Shown piece after piece: positions 37,801 through 51,900 of a stretch of DNA of 64,000 bases. Below the pieces are notes generated by a model that did not search any database, had not been told where the DNA came from, and worked only from the letters and a program-made list of their open reading frames with translations. How positions within the stretch are numbered: the stretch's first letter is position 1; each line of letters opens with the position of its first letter. The DNA lies in NCBI GenBank assembly GCA_964187785.1, contig OZ076409.1, forward strand, positions 73,100,001 to 73,164,000. Reading direction: 5' to 3'. The DNA is from Amphiscolops sp. MND2022 (lineage: Eukaryota). A program made the position numbers and the translations under genes.

Positions 37801-40800
37801 CAAAACGTAATTCATGGCAGTTTGGCAATCAATCAAAACCCTTTGTTGTCGTTTGACATACTTTTTTGTTGATATATTAAAAAATTTTGTGTATTTATTC
37901 ATTTTTTTCTCATCAAATAACTTGAAACAGTTGAGTACATTCCATCCCCCCCTTCGGGGGGAGATGAGAATGTACTCGCAAAAAGCCCCGAACTACGGCC
38001 CTTACCTTCCCGAGCTACGCAGTATAAGGATTACATATTGGTTCCGACATTTTCATAGAGTTAAATCTTGGTAATCTGTCTGGATATGCAGAAAAATCAG
38101 CACGTGCCTTTCAATACCAAGTTGCTCACAACGACAATTCTTTTATATCAACGCCCCCATATTTATCAACGCCCCCCGTCCGTGGGCATGCCGAGGCATG
38201 CCCTTCGACGACGTATACCAAGATATGTTCGAGCGCGTTAGCCTAGGTGCCGGTGTTTTTTTACACAAAGGGGGATGTTGCGCGTGTGGGGAGGGTCCCT
38301 GACGCGCTCCCGGGATTTCGGATTTTTTAACCTTTACGTACCCATCAAAAATTTTGGGATCTCGAAAACTAGCCGTACGATTTGGCTGAAATTTGGTACA
38401 CGTACCCCCCTCGGCACGGTGAAGATGATTCCCTACTGACGTTTTTCCCGCTAAACATTTTTTGTTGACCAAAATAACGGTTTTTGGGGTAAAATTTTCA
38501 ACTTTTTTTAAATTTCATCTTATATCTCGCCACGGGTTTACGCTAGCGCTTCCGAACCTTGCTGACGAAACCTTGCAAACTGTCTCAGGAATGCTGTGTG
38601 AACTTTTCAGCTCAATCGGACTTAAACTCGAGGAGATATAGCGTTTTTCCGGAGCGGGGGGGTTTCATTTTTCTAACGGTCCAGCTTATCTTTGCCATTT
38701 TTTCGAAAATGCACTCGCCTAAAGGCCTCCCCTGGCCGGTTTTATTCCCAGCAAAACCATTTGGCCCTAAATACGGAGTTTCAGCGTTCCAGCATTCCCG
38801 GGCGAAAAGTTGTGGGACTTAGAAAATTTCAAAAATTTTCAAAAAAAATTTTTTCCGTTATTTGGGCCCCCAAAGTGGGGGAAAAGACCCCCCAACCAGT
38901 AAAGCAAGTGAATGCATGTGGAAAGCCCTCAGTTAGATGAGAAAAATGCCGTTTAGAACGTCTTTTTATCTTGGCTCAACGTTGACTTATGACGTTTTGA
39001 AGGTGACCGTTAGATATGGAAAATTGATGTTTTGAGTATTTATCTCATCTGAAAGCCATTGAGATACAACATGTTTTGCTCAAAACGTATTTCATTGCAG
39101 TTTCGCTGTCTATTAACACCCTTTGGTGACTTTTGACATGTTTTTGTTTTTATATAAAACCAATTTTTTGTGCATTTTTTCTTTTTTTTTCATCTAATAT
39201 CTTGAAACAGTTGAGTACATTCCATCTCCCTTCCCGGGGGAGATGAGAATGTACTCGCTAAAAGCCAAGAACTACGGCCATAACCTTCCCGAGCTACGCA
39301 CTACAAATATTGCATATGCATGCAGACCTTTTGATACATTTTTATCTTTGTAGATTGACTGGAAAAACCGAAAACTCTGTCCTGATTATACAAAGTTTCC
39401 TCACAACGACACATGTTTACGTCAACGCCCCATAGTTCTTATCAACGCCCCCCGTCCGTGGGCATGCCGTGGCATGCCCTTCGACGACGTGCACCAAAAT
39501 ATATTCGAGCGCGGTAGCCGCTAGGTGCCGGGATTTCTATTCGTTCGAGTATGTGGCGCGTGTGGGTAGGGCCCCTGGCGCGCTCTTGTGTTTGGGGGTT
39601 TCCTACTTCTAAATCACGTTCAGATTTCCGGGATCTCGTAAACTATCCATACGATTTGGCTGAAATTTGGCACACGTACCCCCCTCGGCACGGTGAAGAT
39701 GATTTCCTACTGACGTTTTTCCCGCTAAACATTTTTTGTTGACCAAAATAACGGTTTTTGGTGGAAAATTTTTGATTTTTTTTAAATTTTATCTTATATC
39801 TCGCCACGGGTCCACGCTAGCGCTTCCAAACCCTGCTGACGAAACCTCGCAAACTGTCTCAGGAATGCTGTGTGAAATTTTCAGCTCAATCGGACTTAAA
39901 CTCGGGGAGATATAGCGTTTTTCCCTGAGCGGGGGGGTTTCATTTTTCTAACGGTCCAGCTTATCTTTGCCATTTTTTCGAAAATGCACTCGCCTAAAGG
40001 CCTCCCCTGGCCGGTTTTACTCCCAAAAAAACCATTTGGCCCTAAATACGGAGTTTCAGCGTTCTAGCATTCCGGGGCGAAAAGTTGTGGTACTTAGTAA
40101 ATTTCAAAAATTTTCAAATTTTTTTTTTTCGTTATTTGGGCCCCCAAAGTGGGGGAAAAGACCCCCCAACCAGTAATTTGAGTGAATTCATGTGGAAAGG
40201 CCATGTTTAGCGGCGAAAAATGCTTTTTAGATCGTCTTTTTATTTTAACCTGTTGTTGACTTATGTTGTTTTGAAGGTGATGTTTGGATGTGTGAAGCAT
40301 GTGAAAAGGTAATTTTTTGTGTCTTTATCTCTTCTAAAAGCCATTGAGATGCAATCTGTTTTGCTCAAAACGTAATTCAATGCAATTTGGCAGTCAATGA
40401 ACACAATTTGGTGTCTTTTGTTATATTTTTCTGTTGATATAATAAAAAATTTTGTGTCTTTATTAATTTTTTTTAAATAAAATAACTTGAAACAGTTGAG
40501 TACATTCCATCCCCCCCTTCCGGGGGAGATGGAAATGTACTCGCTAAAAGCCGCGAACAAGAGCCCATACCTTCCTGCGCTACGCAGTATAAAGATTGCA
40601 TGTTGGTTCCGACTTTTTGGTAGTGTTATATCTTGGTAATTTGACTGAATATGGAGAAAAATCAGCAAGTGCTCTTTTATAGCAAATTGCTGACAACGAC
40701 AATTTTTTTATATCAACGCCCCCATATTTATCAACGCCCCCCGTCCGTGGGCATGCCGAGGCATGCCCTTCGACGACGTATACCAAAATATGCGTTAGCG

Positions 40801-40813
40801 CGGTAGCCGCTAG
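31858..40813. repeat. Seven tandem S-family units of several subfamilies
   Basis: Units 31858-33145, 33146-34419, 34420-35691 (divergent), 35692-36955 (divergent), 36956-38246, 38247-39524 and 39525-40813. Confidence 0.93.
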
Positions 40814-41298
40814 GTGCCGGTGTTTTTTTACACAAAGGGGGATGTTGCGCGTGTGGGGAGGGTCCCTGACGCGCTCCCGGGATTTCGGATTTTTTAACCT
40901 TTACGTACCCATCAAAAATTTTGGGATCTCGAAAACTAGCCGTACGATTTGGCTGAAATTTGGCACACGTACCCCCCTCGGCACGGTGAAGATGATTCCC
41001 TACTGACGTTTTGCTCGCTAAACATTTTTTGTTGACCAAAATAACGGTTTTTGGGGTAAAATTTTCAACTTTTTTTAAATTTCATCTTATATCTCGCCAC
41101 GGGTTTACGCTACCGCTTCCAAACCTTGCTGACGAAACCTTGCAAACTGTCTCAGGAATGCGGTGTGAAACTTTCAGCTCAATCGGACTTAAACTCGGGG
41201 AGATATAGCGTTTTTCCGGAGCGGGGGGGTTTCATTTTTCTAACGGTCCAGCTTATCTTTGCCATTTTTTCGAAAATGCACTCGCCTAAAGGCCTCCC
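40814..41298. repeat. Left part of an S unit interrupted by the TIR element
   Basis: Follows the S consensus up to CTCGCCTAAAGGCCTCCC, then switches abruptly to unrelated sequence. Confidence 0.92.
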
Positions 41299-41302
41299 TA
41301 AT

Positions 41303-41330
41303 CCTGCTCCAGGGTTAATTTTGGTCACTT
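41303..41330 (+). repeat. Left terminal inverted repeat
   Basis: CCTGCTCCAGGGTTAATTTTGGTCACTT; its reverse complement matches 55728-55755 at 27/28 positions. Confidence 0.9.
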
Positions 41331-42991
41331 GGTGACATTCAAAAACTAGTGTGGTACGGCACTTTGGTGCAAGCTACAGCAATGAAAATCATATTTCTGG
41401 GCTCTAGAGCACCTGGGGAGCAAGCGGACACACTAGGGTTGGGGTTTTGAGCACTCTGACATTTTAGCCCTATACCCATTTTTCGGGTTAATTTTGGACA
41501 TCCGGAGGTTAGGGTGAAAAACAAAAAGTTGTCGAAACGCAAAAAAAGTGACATATTCGGTGCCCGCATCCTTCGCACAATCCAAAAAAGTAATTTTCCT
41601 ATCTCTACGAGCAATAAAACCCCCTACCCTTTGACTTTCCCGCAAACGGGTTAATTTTGGCGGATCCTGAAAGTGGTCGTAGACCAACTTTTTGGTCGAA
41701 TATCGCTAGGGTGTTCATAGCGGACGACTCAGCATGCATGGGGGAGTTCTCTAGAGAGTTCGGAACAAGTTGATACTAATTTCATAGGGCTAGAGCAAAT
41801 GGGGGTAGAGAACCAATACTACATTTACACCGGTTTGAGCGATTAAGGGACGTGAAAGAATGACGTTGAAAACACAACTTCGGATATCGACCATATGGAA
41901 ACTTTCATCAAAGCGACAGAGATACCAAAGTTAGCCTTTCCGACTCAGAATTTGACGAGGAAAACGATGAAACTAGTTAGAAACTCAAATTCCAACGGGA
42001 AGATGCATTTTTCACGACTAAAATTATTAGGGTTAGCGAAAGGTTAATTTTGGCTCCTATAATTTTGGTCGTTTGAGAGCCCTTCTGGAGAAACTTTCAT
42101 CATTGTCTGAGCCTAAACAAACATATTAGGGTCATGCTAAGAATAATTGGAGACTGTAAAAGTGTTTCTTGTTCAGAAATACCTTCAATTTCCGGTTAGT
42201 TGATACAAAACTTCTCACCCAATTGTTTCCTGTTATAGTCGTGGTTTCTAGCTTATTTTTTGTTTCCTCAATTCGTGTGAGGGATGTGAAAAGTTTGTTT
42301 TATCCGTGCAACAAGTAAAGAAGAGCTTTTGTGAATTTTGGGTAGCCTTTGAAGTTCATTTTTAGTGACTAGACGTCGAAAAATGAGTGTTACTGGATTA
42401 TATACTGTACAACCCATTGAAACCGGTTGTATCTTTTTCTGTGAGCCTTTGAATCTTCTCAAATGAGACCGAATTGTTTGTTTGAGACAAATTATTTATG
42501 AAAAGTACCATTACATTGGATAAAAACACTTTCAGAGGACACGAGAGACGAAAAATATCTTCCAGAAAAATTTCGGTAAACTCTGTGTCTATACTTCTGA
42601 CAGACTGAAAGATGTTAAAAGTGAACCTAATCCACAACTCATCCATTTTTGTCAACTACTATGTCTTCAGGCTACGTGGTGTAATTTTGATAGCTTTCCG
42701 ACCCCTCTGTGAGATTTGAGACCTCCAACAGTATCGTTAAAAATTGTTTAAAATATCACTTCCTTTGTACATGACTGATGAGCCCATTGCAACGGAACTT
42801 TTTCAAATCCAACTCACACAATGGGCTCACAGATCAAAACTGAAGACATCCACGTACAAATTGAACAAGAATCCTTGGTTTAATTAAGCAAAAAAACAGT
42901 TTGTGAGTATTAGGGTTTGGAAAAGGTTAATTTTGGCATTAAAACAAAATTTTGATAATTTGCAAGGGATGGAATACCTTCGAACAGATAA

Positions 42992-45900
42992 TTGGTTCAA
43001 AATACGTCGTTTTTCGTCAATTACTATGCCTACAGGTTATGTGGTGTGAATTTGGCGCCTCTACGGTCATTACAAAAAGTTTCGAACCCAGAACACCGTT
43101 CCTTACAACAGTGCTACGGGACGACTTTTTTCAGGCAGTATTTTGCCGATTTACTGGAAACTTTTGGGTGTAACAAATTGTTCTAAAGCACATGGTGCAC
43201 TTTTTCAATGCCTATTGCGTTGATTCAAGCTGTAAGTAGGGCCCTTGGGTCCTGTGGCGATCACAGGAATTGCTGCCATAATTGATGCAAAATTATCTGA
43301 TTTTTCCTTCAAAACATTTCTTGGCTGGCGGGAATTCATTATTGGAGCCCAACATCCAACTAATGCACACTAACGCAACCTATGGGACCTGTGATATGTG
43401 AAATTATGCTTTAGACTGATATCAAGTGGATTTAGGATGCCTAAGGGTACCTAAGAATGTTTTTACGAAAATTGTCATGTCTGAAGTGAAATTCTCGCAC
43501 CGTCCGAAGAACGCCATACTGTGAGTTGGTCCAAATTGCACCCATTTTCGTCAATTACTATGGGTACAGCTTACGTGGTGTGAATTTGGCGCCTCTACGA
43601 CCACAAGAAAAAATTTTGGACCCCCAGAAGGGTTCCTTAAAACAGTGCTATGAGACGACTTTTTTCAGGCAGTATTTTGCCGATTTACTGGAAACCTTTG
43701 GTAATAAAAAACTGTTCTAAAGCACATGGTGCACTTTTTCAATGCCTATAGCGTTGATTCAAACTGTATTTGGGGCCCTTTGGGTCCTGTGGGGATCACA
43801 GGAACCGCTGCCATAATTGGCATTGCATAGCCAAAATTAACCCTTTGGTCAACCCTTATACTATTATTGGCTGGCGGAAGTTCATTATTGGAGCCCTAGA
43901 ACCAACTAATGCACACTGACGCAACCTATGGGACCTGTGATATGTGAAATTATGCTTTAGAATGATATCAAGTGGTTTTAGGATGTCTGAGGGTACATAA
44001 GAATGTTTTTACGAAAATTGCTATAACTGAAGTGAACTTCTCGCACTGTCCGAAACCCGCCATACTGTGAGTTGGTCCAAATTGCACCCACTTTCGTCAA
44101 TTACTATAGGTACAGCTTACGTGGTGTGAATTTGGTGCCTCTACGACCACTAGAGAAAATTTCGGACCCCCAGAAGGGTTCCTTAAAACAGTGCTATGAG
44201 ACGACTTTTTTCAGGCAGTATTTTGCCGATTTACTGGAAACTTTTGGTATTAAAAAATTGTTCTAAAGCACATGGTGCACTTTTTTAATGCCTATAGCGT
44301 TGATCCAAGTTGTAATTAGGGCCCCTTGGGTCCTGTGGCGATCACAGGAATCGCTGCCATAATTGATGGAAAAACATCTGATTTTTCCTTCAAAACCGTT
44401 CTTGGCTGGCGGAAATTCATTATTGGAGCCCAACATCCAACTAATGCACATTAACGCAACCTATGGGACATGTGATATGTGAAATTATGCTTTAGATTGA
44501 TATCAAGTGGATTTAGGATGCCTAAGGGTACCTAAGAATGTTTTTACGAAAATTGTCATGTCTGAAGTGAAATTCTCGCACCGTCCGAAGAACGCCATAC
44601 TGTGAGTTGATCCAAATTGCACCCATTTTCGTCAATTACTATGGGTACAGCTTACGTGGTGTGAATTTGGTGCCTCTACGACCACTAGAAAAAATTTCGG
44701 ACCCCCAGAAGGGTTCCTTAAAACAGTGCTATGAGATGACTTTTTTCAGGCAGTATTTTGCCGATTTACTGGAAACTTTTGTTATTAAAAAATTGTTCTA
44801 AAGCACATGGTGCACTTTTTTAATGCCTATAGCGTTGATCCAAGTTGTAATTAGGGCCCCTTGGGTCCTGTGGCGATCACAGGAATCGCTGCCATAATTG
44901 ATGGAAAAACATCTGATTTTTCCTTCAAAACCGTTCTTGGCTGGCGGAAATTCATTATTGGAGCCCAACATCCAACTAATGCACACTAACGCAACCTATG
45001 GGACATGTGATATGTGAAATTATGCTTTAGATTGATATCAAGTGGATTTAGGATGCCTAAGGGTACCTAAGAATGTTTTTACGAAAATTGTCATGTCTGA
45101 AGTGAAATTCTCGCACCGTCCGAAGAACGCCATACTGTGAGTTTATCCAAATTGCACCCATTTTCGTCAATTACTATGGGTACAGCTTACGTGGTGTGAA
45201 TTTGGTGCCTCTACGACCACTAGAAAAAATTTCGGACCCCCAGAAGCGTTCCTTAAAACAGTGCTATGAGATGACTTTTTTCAGGCAGTATTTTGCCAAT
45301 TTACTGGAAACTTTTGGTATTAAAAAATTGTTCTAAAGCACATGGTGCACTTTTTTAATGCCTTTAGCGTTGATTCAAGCTGTAATTAGGGCCCCTTGGG
45401 TCCTGTGGCGATCACAGGAATCGCTGCCATAATTGATGGAAAAATATCTGATTTTTCCTTCAAAACACTTCTTGGCTGGCGGAAATTCATTATTGCAGCC
45501 CAACATCCAACTAATGCACACTAACGCAACCTATGGGACCTGTGATATGTGAAATTATGCTTTAGACTGATATCAAGTGGATTTAGGATGCCTAAGGGTA
45601 CCTAAGAATGTTTTTACGAAAATTGTCATGTCTGAAGTGAAATTCTCGCACCGTCCGAAGAACGCCATACTGTGAGTTGGTCCAAATTGCACCCATTTTC
45701 GTCAATTACTATGGGTACAGCTTACGTGGTGTGAATTTGGCGCCTCTACGACCACTAGAAAAAATTTTGGACCCCCAGAAGGGTTCCTTAAAACAGTGCT
45801 ATGAGACGACTTTTTTCAGGCAGTATTTTGCCGATTTACTGGAAAATTTTGGTAATAAAAAACTGTTCTAAAGCACATGGTGCACTTTTTCAATGCCTAT

Positions 45901-48900
45901 AGCGTTGATTCAAACTCTATTTGGGGCCCTTTGGGTCCTGTGGGGATCACAGGAACCGCTGCCATAATTGGCATTGCATGGCCAAAATTAACCCTTTGGT
46001 CAACCCTTATACTATTATTGGCTGGCGGAAGTTCATTATTGGAGCCCAAGAACCAACTAATGCACACTAACGCAACCTATGGGACCTGTGATATGTGAAA
46101 TTATGCTTTAGACTGATATCAAGTGGATTTAGGATGCCTAAGGGTACCTAAGAATGTTTTTACGAAAATTGTCATGTCTGAAGTGAAATTCTCGCACCGT
46201 CCGAAGAACGCCATACTGTGAGTTGGTCCAAATTGCACCCATTTTCGTCAATTACTATGGGTACAGCTTACGTGGTGTGAATTTGGCGCCTCTACGACCA
46301 CTAGAAAAAATTTTGGACCCCCAGAAGGGTTCCTTAAAACAGTGCTATGAGACGACTTTTTTCAGGCAGTATTTTGCCGATTTACTGGAAACTTTTGGTA
46401 TTAAAAAATTGTTCTAAAGCACATGGTGCACTTTTTTAATGCCTATAGCGTTGATCCAAGTTGTAATTAGGGCCCCTTGGGTCCTGTGGCGATCACAGGA
46501 ATCGCTGCCATAATTGATGGAAAAACATCTGATTTTTCCTTCAAAACCGTTCTTGGCTGGCGGAAATTCATTATTGGAGCCCAACATCCAACTAATGCAC
46601 ACTAACGCAACCTATGGGACATGTGATATGTGAAATTATGCTTTAGATTGATATCAAGTGGATTTAGGATGCCTAAGGGTACCTAAGAATGTTTTTACGA
46701 AAATTGTCATGTCTGAAGTGAAATTCTCGCACCGTCCGAAGAACGCCATACTGTGAGTTGATCCAAATTGCACCCATTTTCGTCAATTACTTTGGGTACA
46801 GCTTACGTGGTGTGAATTTGGTGCCTCTACGACCACTAGAAAAAATTTCGGACCCCCAGAAGGGTTCCTTAAAACAGTGCTATGAGATGACTTTTTTCAG
46901 GCAGTATTTTGCCGATTTACTGGAAACTTTTGGTAATAAAAAATTGTTCTAAAGCACATGGTGCACTTTTCTAATGCCTATAGCGTTGAGTCAAGCTGTA
47001 ATTAGGGCCCCTTGGGTCCTGTGGCGATCACAGGAATCGCTGCCATAATTGATGGAAAAATATCTGATTTTTCCTTCAAAACACTTCTTGGCTGGCGGAA
47101 ATTCATTATTGCAGCCCAACATCCAACTAATGCACACTAACGCAACCTATGGGACCTGTGATATGTGAAATTATGCTTTAGACTGATATCAAGTGGTTTT
47201 AGGATGCCTAAGGGTACCTAAGAATGTTTTTACGAAAATTGTCATGTCTGAAGTGAAATTCTCGCACCGTCCAAAGAACGCCCTACTGTGAGTTGGTCCA
47301 AATTGCACCCATTTTCGTCAATTACTATGGGTACAGCTTACGTGGTGTGAATTTGGCGCCTCTACGACCACTAGAAAAAATTTTGGACCCCCAGAAGGGT
47401 TCCTTAAAACAGTGCTATGAGACGACTTTTTTCAGGCAGTATTTTGCCGATTTACTGGAAAATTTTGGTAATAAAAAACTGTTCTAAAGCACATGGTGCA
47501 CTTTTTCAATGCCTATAGCGTTGATTCAAACTCTATTTGGGGCCCTTTGGGTCCTGTGGGGATCACAGGAACCGCTGCCATAATTGGCATTGCATAGCCA
47601 AAATTAACCCTTTGGTCAACCCTTATACTATTATTGGCTGGCGGAAGTTCATTATTGGAGCCCAAGAACCAACTTATGCACACTGACGCAACCTATGGGA
47701 CCTGTGATATGTGAAATTATGCTTTAGAATGATATCAAGTGGTTTTAGGATGTCTGAGGGTACATAAGAATGTTTTTACGAAAATTGCTATAACCGAAGT
47801 GAACTTCTCGCTCCGTCCAAAAATCGCCATACTGTGAGTTGGTCCAAATTGCACCCGTTTTCGTCAATTACTATAGGTACAACTTACGTGGTGTAAATTT
47901 CGTGCCTCTACGACCACTAGAAAAAATTTTGGACCCCCAGAAGGGTTCCTTAAAACAGTGCTATGAGACGACTTTTTTCAGGCAGTATTTTGCCGATTTA
48001 CTGGAAACTTTTGGTATTAAAAAATTGTTCTAAAGCACATGGTGCACTTTTTCAATGCCTATAGCGTTGATTCAAGTTGTAATTAGGGCCCCTTGGGTCC
48101 TGTGGCGATCACAGGAATCGCTGCCATAATTGATGGAAAAACATCTGATTTTTCCTTCAAAACCGTTCTTGGCTGGCGGAAATTCATTATTGGAGCCCAA
48201 CATCCAACTAATGCACACTAACGCAACCTATGGGACCTGTGATATGTGAAATTATGCTTTAGACTGATATCAAGTGGATTTAGGATGCCTAAGGGTACCT
48301 AAGAATGTTTTTACGAAAATTGTCATGTCTGAAGTGAAATTCTCGCACCGTCCGAAGAACGCCATACTGTGAGTTGGTCCAAATTGCACCCATTTTCGTC
48401 AATTACTATGGGTACAGCTTACGTGGTGTGAATTTGGCGCCTCTACGACCACCAGTAAAAATTTTGGACCCCCAGAAGGGTTCCTTAAAACAGTGCTATG
48501 AGACGACTTTTTTCAGGCAGTATTTTGCCGATTTACTGGAAACTTTTGGTAGTAAAAAACTGTTCTAAAGCACATGGTGCACTTGTTCAATGCCTACAGC
48601 GTTGATTCAAAATGTATTTGGGGCCCTTTGGGTCCTGTGGGGATCACAGGAACCGCTGCCATAATTGGCATTGCATAGCCAAAATTAACCCTTTGGTCAA
48701 CCCTTATACTATTATTGGCTGGCGGAAGTTCATTATTGGAGCCCAAGAACCAACTAATGCACACTGACGCAACCTATGGGACCTGTGATATGTGAAATTA
48801 TGCTTTAGAATGATATCAAGTGGTTTTAGGATGTCTGAGGGTACATAAGAATGTTTTTACGAAAATTGCTATGACCGAAGTGAACTTCTCGCTCCGTCCA

Positions 48901-51900
48901 AAAATCGCCATACCGTGAGTTGGTCCTAATTGCACTCATTTTCGTCAATTACTATAGCCACAGCTTACGTGGTGTGAATTTGAGGCCCCTACTACCACTA
49001 GAAAAAATTCCGGACCCCCAGAAGTGTTCCTTAAAACAGCGCTATAGGACGTCTTTTTTCAGGCAGTATTTTGCCGATTTACTGGAAACTTTTGGTATTA
49101 AAAAATTGTTCTAAAGCACATGGTGCACTTTTTCAATGCCTATAGCGTTGATTCAAGTTGTAATTAGGGCCCCTTGGGTCCTGTGGCGATCACAGGAATC
49201 GCTGCCATAATTGATGGAAAAACATCTGATTTTTCCTTCAAAACCGTTCTTGGCTGGCGGAAATTCATTATTGGAACCCAACATCCAACTAATGCACACT
49301 AACGCAACCTATGGGACCTGTGATATGTGAAATTATGCTTTAGACTGATATCAAGTGGATTTAGGATGCCTAAGGGTACCTAAGAATGTTTTTACGAAAA
49401 TTGTCATGTCTGAAGTGAAATTCTCGCACCGTCCGAAGAACGCCATACTGTGAGTTGGTCCAAATTGCACCCATTTTCGTCAATTACTATGGGTACAGCT
49501 TACGTGGTGTGAATTTGGCGCCTCTACGACCACTAGAAAAAATTTTGGACCCCCAGAAGGGTTCCTTAAAACAGTGCTATGAGACGACTTTTTTCAGGCA
49601 GTATTTTGCCGATTTACTGGAAACTTTTGGTATTAAAAAATTGTTCTAAAGCACATGGTGCACTTTTTTAATGCCTATAGCGTTGATCCAAGTTGTAATT
49701 AGGGCCCCTTGGGTCCTGTGGCGATCACAGGAATCGCTGCCATAATTGATGGAAAAACATCTGATTTTTCCTTCAAAACCGTTCTTGGCTGGCGGAAATT
49801 CATTATTGGAGCCCAACATCCAACTAATGCACACTAACGCAACCTATGGGACATGTGATATGTGAAATTATGCTTTAGATTGATATCAAGTGGATTTAGG
49901 ATGCCTAAGGGTACCTAAGAATGTTTTTACGAAAATTGTCATGTCTGAAGTGAAATTCTCGCACCGTCCGAAGAACGCCATACTGTGAGTTGATCCAAAT
50001 TGCACCCATTTTCGTCAATTACTTTGGGTACAGCTTACGTGGTGTGAATTTGGTGCCTCTACGACCACTAGAAAAAATTTCGGACCCCCAGAAGGGTTCC
50101 TTAAAACAGTGCTATGAGATGACTTTTTTCAGGCAGTATTTTGCCGATTTACTGGAAACTTTTGGTAATAAAAAATTGTTCTAAAGCACATGGTGCACTT
50201 TTCTAATGCCTATAGCGTTGAGTCAAGCTGTAATTAGGGCCCCTTGGGTCCTGTGGCGATCACAGGAATCGCTGCCATAATTGATGGAAAAATATCTGAT
50301 TTTTCCTTCAAAACACTTCTTGGCTGGCGGAAATTCATTATTGCAGCCCAACATCCAACTAATGCACACTAACGCAACCTATGGGACCTGTGATATGTGA
50401 AATTATGCTTTAGACTGATATCAAGTGGTTTTAGGATGCCTAAGGGTACCTAAGAATGTTTTTACGAAAATTGTCATGTCTGAAGTGAAATTCTCGCACC
50501 GTCCAAAGAACGCCATACTGTGAGTTGGTCCAAATTGCACCCATTTTCGTCAATTACTATGGGTACAGCTTACGTGGTGTGAATTTGGCGCCTCTACGAC
50601 CACTAGAAAAAATTTTGGACCCCCAGAAGGGTTCCTTAAAACAGTGCTATGAGACGACTTTTTTCAGGCAGTATTTTGCCGATTTACTGGAAAATTTTGG
50701 TAATAAAAAACTGTTCTAAAGCACATGGTGCACTTTTTCAATGCCTATAGCGTTGATTCAAACTCTATTTGGGGCCCTTTGGGTCCTGTGGGGATCACAG
50801 GAACCGCTGCCATAATTGGCATTGCATAGCCAAAATTAACCCTTTGGTCAACCCTTATACTATTATTGGCTGGCGGAAGTTCATTATTGGAGCCCAAGAA
50901 CCAACTTATGCACACTGACGCAACCTATGGGACCTGTGATATGTGAAATTATGCTTTAGAATGATATCAAGTGGTTTTAGGATGTCTGAGGGTACATAAG
51001 AATGTTTTTACGAAAATTGCTATAACCGAAGTGAACTTCTCGCTCCGTCCAAAAATCGCCATACTGTGAGTTGGTCCAAATTGCACCCGTTTTCGTCAAT
51101 TACTATAGGTACAACTTACGTGGTGTAAATTTCGTGCCTCTACGACCACTAGAAAAAATTTTGGACCCCCAGAAGGGTTCCTTAAAACAGTGCTATGAGA
51201 CGACTTTTTTCAGGCAGTATTTTGCCGATTTACTGGAAACTTTTGGTATTAAAAAATTGTTCTAAAGCACATGGTGCACTTTTTCAATGCCTATAGCGTT
51301 GATTCAAGTTGTAATTAGGGCCCCTTGGGTCCTGTGGCGATCACAGGAATCGCTGCCATAATTGATGGAAAAACATCTGATTTTTCCTTCAAAACCGTTC
51401 TTGGCTGGCGGAAATTCATTATTGGAGCCCAACATCCAACTAATGCACACTAACGCAACCTATGGGACCTGTGATATGTGAAATTATGCTTTAGACTGAT
51501 ATCAAGTGGATTTAGGATGCCTAAGGGTACCTAAGAATGTTTTTACGAAAATTGTCATGTCTGAAGTGAAATTCTCGCACCGTCCGAAGAACGCCATACT
51601 GTGAGTTGGTCCAAATTGCACCCATTTTCGTCAATTACTATGGGTACAGCTTACGTGGTGTGAATTTGGCGCCTCTACGACCACCAGAAAAAATTTTGGA
51701 CCCCCAGAAGGGTTCCTTAAAACAGTGCTATGAGACGACTTTTTTCAGGCAGTATTTTGCCGATTTACTGGAAACTTTTGGTAGTAAAAAACTGTTCTAA
51801 AGCACATGGTGCACTTGTTCAATGCCTACAGCGTTGATTCAAAATGTATTTGGGGCCCTTTGGGTCCTGTGGGGATCACAGGAACCGCTGCCATAATTGG

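Noticed and set aside
41299..41320. piggyBac assignment for the TIR element (CCCT/AGGG termini, TAA at the left end)
   Set aside because: There is no TTAA at the right boundary or in the host target site, and the GGGTTAA words are internal to the TIR.
42026..42040. Telomeric TTAGGG-like repeats
   Set aside because: Only isolated TAGGGTT words next to the subterminal motif; there is no tandem run.
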